NCBI GenBank assembly: GCA_018056765.1
Contig: JAGPFA010000002.1
Span: forward strand, 6,590 to 70,589
Direction of reading: 5' to 3'
Source of the DNA: Syntrophaceae bacterium
GTDB lineage: Bacteria; Desulfobacterota; Syntrophia; Syntrophales; Smithellaceae
Length of the DNA stretch: 64,000 nt
Both the position numbers and the translations under genes were made by a program. Below, in pieces: positions 44,321-53,678 of the stretch. Each line of letters opens with the position of its first letter. The stretch's first letter is position 1. A model generated the notes under the pieces. That model saw only the letters and a list, made by a program, of their open reading frames with translations, was not told the DNA's origin and ran no database searches.

Positions 44321-45034
44321 TCAGCGACCGGGCTGGTTTTCAAAAACGGGAAAGGTCTCAAAAACCTCATCAACACCCAGTCTGGTCAATTCGCGTGCTG
44401 TCACCCATTTGGCGCCGCCTTTGAAAAAGGAAGATGCCAAAAACAGATCTTCCATCAGAGACTTTTGCGTCCTGTCAAAAATACCGCGCCACAGACTGCT
44501 GCCATCCTTGACGGAAATCAAATGGATCTCGAATGATACCGAGGCGGGGGTTTTTGCCGAATAGCTGTAGCCGACTCTTTCGCGACAGCGATAAACAAAA
44601 CCGGCCACAACAACATCCGCAGCGAGCTCCCGGCCGGTTTGCTGCACCGCCTCCAGCATCGAACCCTTGAGAGTGGAGGAGGAAATCCGCCGATAGACAC
44701 CTGCCGCTCTTTCCGGGGCGATAATTTCCACATTTTTCAACTCTCTTAATTTGCTTATGAATATTTCTTCCAGATTTGTTTGTGCCCCCTGAGCAACGGC
44801 TCCACCTGAATTAACATGGCCGCACAACGGACAGCGCACGGTTGTTGAAGCGGAATTCTCCGGTTCCAGCGCCATAAATGGAATAACAGCCAGGCGCGTT
44901 TTCGTCACAACTGTGATATTTTCGTCGCCCTGAGCTGCTGCACCGCAGGGGATAGCCAGAACAAAACAAAAAAACAATATGATCCGAATGACCTGCCCAA
45001 TCCCGTATCTGTCCTGCATTTTGCCTCCTTGCAC
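44321..45034 (-). CDS. secreted or lipoprotein of unknown function inserted in the his cluster
   Basis: Hydrophobic signal 'IILFFCFVLAIPCGAAAQG'. A 'LAVIPFMALEPENS' beta-strand start resembles LpoB/CsgG-type folds. A 'CPLCGH' motif is present. No confident family assignment; ATG at 45019 is an alternative start. Confidence 0.5.
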   Translation of the reverse strand: MQGGKMQDRYGIGQVIRIILFFCFVLAIPCGAAAQGDENITVVTKTRLAVIPFMALEPENSASTTVRCPLCGHVNSGGAVAQGAQTNLEEIFISKLRELKNVEIIAPERAAGVYRRISSSTLKGSMLEAVQQTGRELAADVVVAGFVYRCRERVGYSYSAKTPASVSFEIHLISVKDGSSLWRGIFDRTQKSLMEDLFLASSFFKGGAKWVTARELTRLGVDEVFETFPVFENQPGR

Positions 45035-45040
45035 TTGAGT

Positions 45041-45628
45041 TTAAAGCGTTCCCTTGGTGGACAAAACACCTTTGTTTTCCGGGTTAATGGTTACAGCCTC
45101 CCGCAGGGCCCGTGCAAAAGCCTTAAATACCGCTTCGATAATATGATGACTGTTACCGCCGTAAACAAGATTTATATGCAGTGTCACTCCGCTGTGGTCG
45201 GTGAAGGCCTTGAAAAACTCTTTAACCAGTGCCGGTTCGAACTCACCAATCTTCCGCCGCTCATGCTCTACATGATAAACAAGATAGGGACGTCCGGAAA
45301 CATCCACATCGACACGGCACAGACTCTCGTCCATCGGCACGGATGCTGAACCATATCTGTTGATCTGGCTCTTGTCTCCCAGCGCCTGAGCAAGCGCCTT
45401 TCCCAGACAGATGCCCAGATCTTCCACCAGATGGTGATCATCTATTTCCGTATCACCGGCACCCTTGACCGTCAACTTAAAGCGCCCGTGGCGGGCAAAC
45501 AGCTCCAGCATATGGTTGAAAAATGGTATCGTCGTGTCGATCCTGCCGGAGTCAGGCCGATCGAGGTCAATTTCCAGCGCAATATCCGTTTCGGTCGTTT
45601 TACGAACCACCTTCGCTTTCCTGGCCAT
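45041..45628 (-). CDS. hisB: imidazoleglycerol-phosphate dehydratase
   Basis: 'RKTTETDIALEIDLD', 'DDHHLVEDLGI' and 'GNSHHIIEAVFKAFARAL'. Confidence 0.92.
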   Translation of the reverse strand: MARKAKVVRKTTETDIALEIDLDRPDSGRIDTTIPFFNHMLELFARHGRFKLTVKGAGDTEIDDHHLVEDLGICLGKALAQALGDKSQINRYGSASVPMDESLCRVDVDVSGRPYLVYHVEHERRKIGEFEPALVKEFFKAFTDHSGVTLHINLVYGGNSHHIIEAVFKAFARALREAVTINPENKGVLSTKGTL

Positions 45629-45642
45629 GAATGCCCTCCCGT

Positions 45643-46515
45643 TTAAATGACTTTGTTGAGCGGGTATTCGATGATTCCCTGCGCGCCCGCCTCGAGAAGT
45701 TGCGGAATAATGTCCCGAACCACACCGGTATCGACGACTGTTTCAATGGCAAACCACTCTTCTGAATAAAGGCTGGAAATAGTCGGCGCCTTCAGTGCGG
45801 GCAGGAGCTTCATCACGCGTTCAAGATTGCCGCGTGCGACATTGAGTTTAAGCCCGACTTTTCCCATCGCCAGCAGCGACCCGGTAAGCAGGGTTCTGAT
45901 CTGCTCTATTTTTTTACGTTTCCAGGGATTGTTCCATGCTTCCTTGTTGGCGATGAGCCGCGTGTTGGTTTTCATCAATTCATGCACAATGCGCAACTTG
46001 TTGGCACGGATGGTGGAGCCGGTTTCCGTCACTTCCACAACCGCATCCACCAGGCCGTCGACAACCTTCGCCTCGGTCGCTCCCCAGGAAAACTCCACCT
46101 GAACATTAATGTTTCTTTCCGCGAAATACCTTTTAGTAAAAGCCACCAGCTCGGTGGAGATACGTTTGCCCTCCATGTCTTCAATCGCGCGAACAGGCGA
46201 ATCGTCCCGCACGACCAGCACCCAACGCGCCTGACGGGTAGATACTTTCGAATAAACCAGATCCTGAACCGCCATCACGTCGGAATCGTTTTCCATGATC
46301 CAGTCGATGCCTGTGAGCCCCAAATCAAGATGCCCGTCCTCAACGTAACGGGACATCTCCTGTGCGCGAACCAGTGTGCAGGAGAGCTCCGGATCGTCGA
46401 TGTCCGGAAAATAGCTCCGGCTGTCGTAGGTAATACGCCAGCCTGCCTTTTTGAACAATTCCACGGTAGAGTTTTCCAGGCTTCCCTTGGGAATGCCCAG
46501 CTTCAAAATATTCAT
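45643..46515 (-). CDS. hisG: ATP phosphoribosyltransferase (long form)
   Basis: '[10 protein letters not shown]', '[24 protein letters not shown]' and '[15 protein letters not shown]', with a C-terminal regulatory domain. 290 aa. Confidence 0.9.
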   Translation of the reverse strand: MNILKLGIPKGSLENSTVELFKKAGWRITYDSRSYFPDIDDPELSCTLVRAQEMSRYVEDGHLDLGLTGIDWIMENDSDVMAVQDLVYSKVSTRQARWVLVVRDDSPVRAIEDMEGKRISTELVAFTKRYFAERNINVQVEFSWGATEAKVVDGLVDAVVEVTETGSTIRANKLRIVHELMKTNTRLIANKEAWNNPWKRKKIEQIRTLLTGSLLAMGKVGLKLNVARGNLERVMKLLPALKAPTISSLYSEEWFAIETVVDTGVVRDIIPQLLEAGAQGIIEYPLNKVI

Positions 46516-46886
46516 TTGTATACATCCTCCGGGTCAAAAACCTTTTTCCCCACCACGACAAAGCCGCCTCCTTCACGTTTTCGGAAAAAACACGACCTGT
46601 GCCCTGTATGACAGGCCGCGCCGCCCACCTGCTCCACCTGAAGCAGAATCGTGTCGTCGTCACAGTCGATGTAAATGTCTTTCACGATCTGGACATTTCC
46701 GGAACTTTCGCCTTTGACCCACAGTTTCTGACGCGAACGGCTCCAGAAGGTAGCCTTCCCCGTAAGCAGTGTCGCCTCCCAGGATTCCCTGTTCATGTAG
46801 GCCATCATCAATACTTCTTTAGTTTCGGCATCTTGTACTATGGCGGGCACCAAACCACCGGATTTATCAAATTTCGGTTCAATCAT
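46512..46886 (-). CDS. hisI: phosphoribosyl-AMP cyclohydrolase
   Basis: '[26 protein letters not shown]', '[18 protein letters not shown]' and '[10 protein letters not shown]'. ATGA overlap with hisG. Confidence 0.9.
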   Translation of the reverse strand: MIEPKFDKSGGLVPAIVQDAETKEVLMMAYMNRESWEATLLTGKATFWSRSRQKLWVKGESSGNVQIVKDIYIDCDDDTILLQVEQVGGAACHTGHRSCFFRKREGGGFVVVGKKVFDPEDVYK

Positions 46887-47023
46887 TTTTTCTTCTTACC
46901 ACCTTATTTACGAAACTGCTTTAATTAAATGATGAATCTTATTAAATCAAGCAATATTTTATCTGGATAATTCTTAATTTGTGCCTTGCCTGGGCCCGTC
47001 AATCATGTTAAAAAATACGCACA

Positions 47024-47052
47024 TTGACCCGGCTTAAGGTTGATACTAAATT
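47024..47052 (+). promoter_or_regulatory. candidate sigma70 promoter
   Basis: TTGACC, 17 nt spacer, TAAATT. It ends about 18 nt before the ATG at 47070, with a GGAGG RBS in between. Confidence 0.4.
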
Positions 47053-47069
47053 AACCGGAGGTTGCGCTT

Positions 47070-47384
47070 ATGCAGCTGCTAATGGGAGGAGCAGTTATAT
47101 CTGTTTTGGGACTGATCGGTCTGCTTGCCTGGTGGAGTGAATTTATAGATCTTCTGCAGGGTGCCCTGCCCGTTTTCATGCTGCTGGGAGGGGCACTGGC
47201 CATTTATGTCGGGTTCGACGAAATGCATGACAAGATCCGACAGGAAAGACAACGCCAGTCGGAAGAACTGGAAAAAGCCAGAGAAGAAATCGAAACTGCC
47301 AGGGCCGAAGCCGGGCGCTATCGCGAGGAGCTCGATCGCCTGAAAAAAGACGCCCAGGAAGCCGTTCCAGGAATCCGCAAATAA
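47070..47384 (+). CDS. small membrane protein (two TM helices plus a charged coiled-coil tail), unknown function
   Basis: It has a good RBS and promoter. Two hydrophobic helices are followed by 'RQERQRQSEELEKAREEIETARAEAGRYREELDRLKKD'. Confidence 0.55.
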   Translation: MQLLMGGAVISVLGLIGLLAWWSEFIDLLQGALPVFMLLGGALAIYVGFDEMHDKIRQERQRQSEELEKAREEIETARAEAGRYREELDRLKKDAQEAVPGIRK

Positions 47385-47391
47385 ATTAACC

Positions 47392-47420
47392 TTGACACGG
47401 CCGGACAAATCAAATAATAC
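47392..47420 (+). promoter_or_regulatory. candidate sigma70 promoter for dctPQM
   Basis: TTGACA, 17 nt spacer, TAATAC, about 200 nt upstream of dctP. Confidence 0.35.
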
Positions 47421-47628
47421 CCTCGTCCACGACGTAAAATTACAGGCTTCAAGATGCCAGATACTTCCATAAACAAAGTCTCGCACCACTGCATCTATAT
47501 GTATAGATGCCTGCTTGCCTAAGCGACATCAGGTAAGCGGGCTTACAGCAAACCAGCAGTTAAGTAATAATAAAACATCAACGGCAGTAACGTTATAATT
47601 TCTATAGAAAAAGGGAGGATTGGATCCG

Positions 47629-48657
47629 ATGAAAAAGTCGACTTTTTTTGGTACAACATTTTCATTCAGCGTATTGTTGGTCACGCTTGTTTTCTGCTCA
47701 GCCGTCTTTGCGCAAACCACGCTGACCTATAGCATTTTTTTCCCGGCCACCCACGCACAGGCCAAGGCAGGCGAATCCTGGGCCAAGGAAATCGAAAAGC
47801 GCACCGGGGGAAAGGTTAAAATCAACATCTTTGCCGGCGGCTCACTGACCCCCGCACCTCAGGTGTATGACGGTGTGGTCAAGGGCATCTCCGATATCGG
47901 CATGTCGTGCTTTGCCTATACTCCGGGCCGCTTCCCGCTTATCGAAGCGTTGGATCTTCCCATGGGCTACCCCACAGGCATGGTCGCAACAAAGGTGGCC
48001 AATGATTTTGCAAAAAAAATGAATCCGCCTGAGCTCAATGACGTCAAACTCCTGTACATTCACGCCCACGGCCCCGGTCTTCTGCACACGCAAAAACCAG
48101 TCGCTAAACTGGCGGACCTGCAGGGCATGAAAATTCGCTCCACCGGCCTGAGTTCAAAAATCGTAAAAAGTCTGGGAGGAGTTTCTGTGGCCATGCCGCA
48201 GGGCGATACGTACGAGGCTCTCCAGAAAGGTGTTGTCCAGGGTACTTTTGCGCCTGTGGAAACCCTGAAAGGCTGGAAACAGGGCCAGGTGGTCAAATAC
48301 ACGACCGACTGCGCCGGCATCGGCTACACAACCGCCATGTTCGTGGTCATGAACAAGCAGAAATGGGATAAACTCCCCAAAGACGTGCAAAAAGTTTTCG
48401 AAGATGTCAGCAGTGAATGGATTACTGTGGCGGGCAAGGCCTGGGACGATGCCGATGATGAAGGCTACAAGTTCATCGCCGGCCTGGGCAACAAAGTCAT
48501 CAAGCTGACGCCTGAAGAATCCGTAAAATGGGAAAAATCCGTGGAACCGGTAGTGGATGAGTATGTGAAAACCATGGAAGACAAAAACATCCCCGGAAAA
48601 AAGGCGGTGGATGAAATCCGCACTTTAATCAAACTGCACTCGCAGGCGGGGAAATAA
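47629..48657 (+). CDS. dctP: TRAP transporter substrate-binding protein (DctP family)
   Basis: Signal peptide, then '[37 protein letters not shown]'. The ATG at 47629 lies 9 nt after AGGGAGGA. It is followed by the Q and M subunits. Confidence 0.85.
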   Translation: MKKSTFFGTTFSFSVLLVTLVFCSAVFAQTTLTYSIFFPATHAQAKAGESWAKEIEKRTGGKVKINIFAGGSLTPAPQVYDGVVKGISDIGMSCFAYTPGRFPLIEALDLPMGYPTGMVATKVANDFAKKMNPPELNDVKLLYIHAHGPGLLHTQKPVAKLADLQGMKIRSTGLSSKIVKSLGGVSVAMPQGDTYEALQKGVVQGTFAPVETLKGWKQGQVVKYTTDCAGIGYTTAMFVVMNKQKWDKLPKDVQKVFEDVSSEWITVAGKAWDDADDEGYKFIAGLGNKVIKLTPEESVKWEKSVEPVVDEYVKTMEDKNIPGKKAVDEIRTLIKLHSQAGK

Positions 48658-48671
48658 ACGACGGAAGATCA

Positions 48672-49157
48672 ATGTTGAGCCCGACAAAATACCTGGCGCG
48701 CGCCGGCAAGGCCTTTAACATCCTTGCCTGCGCCGCCGTGGTCGCCATGATGCTCCTGTCCACGGCGGACGTCGTTTTGCGTATCTTCGGCAGACCAATT
48801 CCCGGTACATACGAATTGGTCGGATTTCTGGGAGCGCTTGTCGTGTCTTTCGCCCTTGCTTTCACCTCTATGGAAAAAGGGCATATCGCCGTGGAAATTC
48901 TTGTGGAGAAACTTCCCCTGCGCTACCGCCTGGCAATTGATGCGTTTTGTAACCTGGCCGGTGCTTTTTTATTTTCCATGATCGGCTATCAGGCCTTTAT
49001 CTACGCACTGGACATCAAAAACAGCGGCGAGGTGTCACCGACACTGCACATCCCTGCCTATCCTTTCATTTTCGGTATCTCTCTGGGCTGCACTCTTTTG
49101 TGCCTTCTGTTAGCCGCCGATTTTGTCAAATCCCTGCGAAGGACTATTGAAGCATGA
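48672..49157 (+). CDS. dctQ: TRAP transporter small permease (DctQ)
   Basis: Four-helix protein of about 160 aa between dctP and dctM. ATGA overlap with dctM. Confidence 0.8.
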   Translation: MLSPTKYLARAGKAFNILACAAVVAMMLLSTADVVLRIFGRPIPGTYELVGFLGALVVSFALAFTSMEKGHIAVEILVEKLPLRYRLAIDAFCNLAGAFLFSMIGYQAFIYALDIKNSGEVSPTLHIPAYPFIFGISLGCTLLCLLLAADFVKSLRRTIEA

Positions 49158-50455
49158 GCCCTTTCGTAATCGGTCTGGCCGGCTTTGCCGTTTTGATTAT
49201 CCTCATGTTTCTGAGAATGCCCGTCGGGTTTGTCATGGCGCTGGTGGGATATCTGGGCTTCGGCATCATCATTTCCTGGAGCGCCGCATCCAGCCTTATC
49301 ATCCGTGATTTTTACGCGACGTTCAGTTCTTATAACTTAACGGTCGTCCCCCTGTTTGTCCTGATGGGACAGGTTGCTTTTCACTCCGGCATCAGCGGCC
49401 GGCTTTTCAACTCGGCCAACAAATTTTTCGGACATCTGCCCGGCGGTTTGGCGATCGCCACAATCGGCGCCTGCGCCGGCTTTTCCGCTGTGAGCGGTTC
49501 CACCAGCGCAACTGCCGCCACCATGGCGTCCGTGGCTTTGCCGGAAATGAAAAAATTCAAATACGATCCGGCCCTGGCCACCGGTGTGGTCGCCGCGGGA
49601 GGAAGCCTCGGCATTCTCATTCCACCAAGCACGATATTTATTATCTACGGCATCATGACCGAGCAATCGATCGGCGAACTGTTCATTGCCGGCGTCATTC
49701 CGGGCATTTTGCTGTCTTTGTTTTTTATCATTTCCATTCTGATCTGGACACGCTTCAACCCTGAAATAGGGCCGCGGGCCCCACGAAGTTCATGGAATGA
49801 AAGGATCAAATCTCTTTCCGGCATTATTGAAACTTTGATCCTGTTTGTGCTGGTAATGGGAGGTTTGTTTGCGGGCTTTTTCACACCAACGGAAGCGGCG
49901 GGAATCGGCGCTTCCGGCACCATCGTGATCGCGCTGGCCGGCCGGCGTCTCAGCTGGCAGGGATTCGTCAGAGCCCTTTACGACACCACGCGCATCTCTT
50001 GTATGATTTTCGTGGTTGTCGCCGGTGCCACGGTTTTCGGCCATTTTCTGGCGGTAACACAAATACCGGCCAATATCGGCGCCTTCGTCGCAGACCTGCA
50101 GTTCCATCCGATGATTATCATGGGCTTCATTATCGTTATCTACTTATTCCTGGGCTGTCTGATGGATTCACTGGCCATGATCATGCTGACCATTCCCATT
50201 ATTTACCCGGTAGTTCTCGCCATGGGGTATGACCCCATCTGGTTCGGCGTTGTCATCGTCGTGATCGCCGAAATGGGCGTTATCACACCGCCGGTCGGCA
50301 TCAACGCCTACGTGGTTGCCGGAGTTGCCCGGGACGTGCCGCTGCATCTCATCTTCAGAGGCGCTCTGCACATGCTCTATGCAATGCTTGCACTGGCCGT
50401 TTTGTTACTTGTTTTTCCGAAACTTGCCACTTTCCTTCCCCAGCTCATCAGATAG
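49154..50455 (+). CDS. dctM: TRAP transporter large permease (DctM)
   Basis: 433-aa polytopic protein. 'FGHLPGGLAIATIGACAGFSAVSGSTSATAATM' and 'GILIPPS' are typical DctM motifs. Confidence 0.9.
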   Translation: MSPFVIGLAGFAVLIILMFLRMPVGFVMALVGYLGFGIIISWSAASSLIIRDFYATFSSYNLTVVPLFVLMGQVAFHSGISGRLFNSANKFFGHLPGGLAIATIGACAGFSAVSGSTSATAATMASVALPEMKKFKYDPALATGVVAAGGSLGILIPPSTIFIIYGIMTEQSIGELFIAGVIPGILLSLFFIISILIWTRFNPEIGPRAPRSSWNERIKSLSGIIETLILFVLVMGGLFAGFFTPTEAAGIGASGTIVIALAGRRLSWQGFVRALYDTTRISCMIFVVVAGATVFGHFLAVTQIPANIGAFVADLQFHPMIIMGFIIVIYLFLGCLMDSLAMIMLTIPIIYPVVLAMGYDPIWFGVVIVVIAEMGVITPPVGINAYVVAGVARDVPLHLIFRGALHMLYAMLALAVLLLVFPKLATFLPQLIR

Positions 50456-50536
50456 AGACCACACCTGGACGATTAACCCATCGTGCCTCGGACGCTCGTG
50501 AAACTTCCACACATTCATGCACGGTGGTTTGAGTTG

Positions 50537-51610
50537 TCATTTTGTTCCTTCCGTTGGCTGTTCCTCCTGACGGTAGATTTCGAAAAATAATTTCCAGATT
50601 GCTAAAAACAGGGAGGCGATGACCGGTCCGAGAACAAAGCCGCTCACCCCGAAGATTGACAAGCCGCCCAATGTGGAAAGAAATATCAATAAAGAATGCA
50701 TTTTGATATCTTTTCCCATAAGCACGGGGCGCAACAATGTGTCCACGCTGCTGATCACCACCGCACCGAAAATCAATACCGTCAGCCCCTGCCAGATCTG
50801 TCCCTGGATGAGCAGGACGATTCCGGCCGGCACCCAGATGATCGAGCAGCCTACCGCCGGCAGAATGGATAGTCCCAGCATGAGGACTCCCCAGACCAGC
50901 GCCCCCTCGATCCCCACAATAAAAAATACCAGTCCGCCCAGAAATCCCTGGATGCCGCCGATGACAAACGTGAATTTCAGTGTCGCCTTGGCCGTCGATA
51001 AAAATTCATGGATGAAGATATTTACATGGCCTTTATTGACCGGTATGAAGTCGGTGAGGTTGTCTACGAGCTTTTCGCCGTCGCGCAGAAAATAATACAG
51101 GCAGTATAGCATAACGGCGAACTGCAGGATGAACACCACCGTGTTTTGCGTGAGTGAGGTAAGATTCCTGACAAGAAAGTCGGACACGGCCGTCATGACT
51201 TCAACGAGCTTACCGGTGATGAACTCTTCGTCGATTTGCAGTTTTGCCAAAAAGGGATGGTTGCTTATAAAGGAAAAGGTCTTCTGGATGGTTTCGATCC
51301 ACTGCCCCGACGATGTCTGCAGTGATGAGTAAATATCTATACTCTCCGCTATCAGCAGACTGATCAGCAGGCTCACCGGGAGGACCATGGCCAGCACCAC
51401 GGCAACCAATGTGAGCCCCGCCGCAATATTGGGGCTTTTAGTTTTACGGTTGATGAGGCGGTTAAGCGGCGTAAAAATTGCCGCGACAAGTACGGCCCAG
51501 AAAATAGCGAAAAAGAAAGGTTTGAGAATATAGGCGAAAAAGACGCTCACCAGCGCCAGAAAAAGAAAGAAGACAATATTTTGAAAAGACGCAAAGGTCA
51601 TTTTGTTCAT
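50537..51610 (-). CDS. AI-2E family transporter (PerM/YhhT-like)
   Basis: Eight-helix layout with 'LSILPAVGCSIIWVPAGIVLLIQG' and 'HSLLIFLSTLGGLSIFGVSGFVLGPVIASL'. Confidence 0.82.
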   Translation of the reverse strand: MNKMTFASFQNIVFFLFLALVSVFFAYILKPFFFAIFWAVLVAAIFTPLNRLINRKTKSPNIAAGLTLVAVVLAMVLPVSLLISLLIAESIDIYSSLQTSSGQWIETIQKTFSFISNHPFLAKLQIDEEFITGKLVEVMTAVSDFLVRNLTSLTQNTVVFILQFAVMLYCLYYFLRDGEKLVDNLTDFIPVNKGHVNIFIHEFLSTAKATLKFTFVIGGIQGFLGGLVFFIVGIEGALVWGVLMLGLSILPAVGCSIIWVPAGIVLLIQGQIWQGLTVLIFGAVVISSVDTLLRPVLMGKDIKMHSLLIFLSTLGGLSIFGVSGFVLGPVIASLFLAIWKLFFEIYRQEEQPTEGTK

Positions 51611-51796
51611 CTTGCCATCCTCCCTGTACGGATCATCTTATCTTTACGGGGCAAGGCATCGGTGTTGTTATTTTTTACCCTGCTCCGGCAATCAGACATA
51701 AAAAACTCTCTCACTTCAGTGTCATATGGAAAAGGTGGCCGCCGATCACTCAAGCCGCCCGGCATATATTGAAATCTTAAATATAGTTTATCCTGT

Positions 51797-52354
51797 TTAG
51801 CGTTTGTCGCGGGGGCCCGGCGGGGCGCTTTTCGGTCTCTTTGCACCGGGCTTGTTATATCTGGGAGGTTTCCCGGGCGGGTGATATCTCATGCCCCTGA
51901 CACCCCAGTTATTTGATTTTTCCCAATATCTGTCCTTTTTCCAGCCCCGCCAGTTCCTCTCCATTTCATGATGGGGGATGGGATGGTAATGCCATTCATG
52001 GCCTCGCCAGCGGCGATCATGATAATAGCCACGCCAGCCTAGAGCCACCCGTCTGTAGAAGTGCGGCACCCGGTTATAATAAACCCATCCTCTGTCGTGG
52101 TGGCGGGACCGGTACCAGCGTCCGCTCCAGGGGCGCCACCACCATCCGCCGTAAAAGAAGATATCGTCCCGAACATCGGGCACTACATAGACATCCGTTT
52201 CCGGTATCACGACAACATGAGGCGGTACGGGAAAAATTATCGGCGGCGGCAATGGAATGTTTACCCGCAGCTGAACATCCGCTCTGGCCGTCCACAGCAA
52301 GGGAGCGAAAACGATCATCAACACCAACAGTGTCTTTAAAAACATTTTTTTCAT
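51797..52354 (-). CDS. secreted, extremely Trp/Arg/His/Tyr/Pro-rich basic protein, unknown function
   Basis: Signal peptide 'MKKMFLKTLLVLMIVFAPLLWTARA'. The mature part reads 'GGWWWRPWSGRWYRSRHHDRGWVYY...RRWRGHEWHYHPIPHH...'. The start was set at the ATG at 52354. Confidence 0.6.
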   Translation of the reverse strand: MKKMFLKTLLVLMIVFAPLLWTARADVQLRVNIPLPPPIIFPVPPHVVVIPETDVYVVPDVRDDIFFYGGWWWRPWSGRWYRSRHHDRGWVYYNRVPHFYRRVALGWRGYYHDRRWRGHEWHYHPIPHHEMERNWRGWKKDRYWEKSNNWGVRGMRYHPPGKPPRYNKPGAKRPKSAPPGPRDKR

Positions 52355-52436
52355 CTGACGCTCTCTTTTTTCGCCTGCCGTCAACATGGATTAAGTGTTA
52401 AAAGCTCCGCCTGTTCTTTCTTTGGGATATTTGAAT

Positions 52437-52808
52437 TTACCTTTTCCCGGGTATAATTTCAAGCCAGTAGTCATCCGGATCATTTATAAAGTATATGCCC
52501 ATCTTTTTGTTTTCAAAACAGATGCAGCCCATTTTTTCGTGCAGTCTGTGGGCCGCATCAAAGTCGTCGACACGAAAGGCCAGGTGAAATTCGTTGTCGC
52601 CCAGATTGTAAGGCTCATGGCGGTCCTTCATCCAGGTAAGTTCCAGCTGGTGGGGAGTTACACCGTCACCCAGGAAAACCAGAATAAAACTGCCGTCGGC
52701 GGCCTCACGGCGGCGCACCTCCTCAAGGCCGAGGGCTTCGCGGTAGAAAGCCAGACTTTTTTCCAGATTCAATACATTAAAATTATTGTGAGCGAATTGA
52801 AATTTCAT
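52437..52808 (-). CDS. VOC-family protein (glyoxalase I-like)
   Basis: 'FAHNNFNVLNLEKSLAFYREALGL', 'LELTW' and 'HLAFRVDD...YFINDPDDYWLEI'. Confidence 0.8.
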   Translation of the reverse strand: MKFQFAHNNFNVLNLEKSLAFYREALGLEEVRRREAADGSFILVFLGDGVTPHQLELTWMKDRHEPYNLGDNEFHLAFRVDDFDAAHRLHEKMGCICFENKKMGIYFINDPDDYWLEIIPGKR

Positions 52809-52830
52809 CGTCCCCCCATCTTGTTGTGCT

Positions 52831-53661
52831 CTATGGCCTGAGTTTGTCGAGGCCGAACATCCTTGTCATAATTTTATCAAACCTTCCTGCCGGCAGGCTG
52901 GCCACCAGAGGAAGACGTGTGGAGGATTTTCCCAGACGGATAATCTTGGGAATTCTTTTCGAAAACAGCTTATCGACAAGCTGTGAGGAAAACTCCTCGG
53001 CCGATGTGGGATCTTTTTGGGAAGACATGGCACGCGCTTCTATATGGCGGACCAGCGGCGTGTAAACCGACTTCGGGCTCAGCCTGATATTGTGCATGGC
53101 TGCTTTGCCGAAGTCAGATTTAATTGCCCCCGGTTGAACCGTAACTACATCAATGCCCAAAGGTGCAAGCTCAATCCTGAGGGATGTGGACAAAAGGTTG
53201 ACGGCAGCCTTTGTGGAACAATAGGCGCCGGCAAACGGAGTGGCACAGATTCCGGACACACTGGCGATATTGACGACAAGGCCCAAGCGCTCTTTGATCA
53301 TGTGCGGCACGACGGACTTCGTCAGCGCCATCAGGCCGATCACATTGGTCTCGAACTGGCGGCGTAAATCATCTATGGGCAGATCAATCATCGGCCCGAT
53401 GAGCGCGTAGCCTGCATTGTTAACCAGCACATCGATCCTGCCGGCTTTTGACATAACTTCGGCCACACACGCGTCAATGGAATCCTGACTGGTGACATCG
53501 AGAGCCGCCGTTTCCATACCCTCCTGTTTCAGGTTTTCAATAACCTCCGGTTTACGCGCCGTAGCGAAGACGCGGCAGCCCCGCGAGGCGAATTCCCTTG
53601 CCAGGGCCAGGCCGATTCCCGAAGAACAGCCGGAAATAAGAACCACTGAATTCTTGTCCAT
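52831..53661 (-). CDS. short-chain dehydrogenase/reductase (SDR)
   Basis: 'VVLISGCSSGIGLALA' (TGxxxGxG type), 'NNAG' and 'YCSTKAA' (YxxxK). The ATG at 53661 is preceded by GAGGAGGAG. Confidence 0.85.
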   Translation of the reverse strand: MDKNSVVLISGCSSGIGLALAREFASRGCRVFATARKPEVIENLKQEGMETAALDVTSQDSIDACVAEVMSKAGRIDVLVNNAGYALIGPMIDLPIDDLRRQFETNVIGLMALTKSVVPHMIKERLGLVVNIASVSGICATPFAGAYCSTKAAVNLLSTSLRIELAPLGIDVVTVQPGAIKSDFGKAAMHNIRLSPKSVYTPLVRHIEARAMSSQKDPTSAEEFSSQLVDKLFSKRIPKIIRLGKSSTRLPLVASLPAGRFDKIMTRMFGLDKLRP

Positions 53662-53678
53662 CGTGATCTCCTCCTCTG

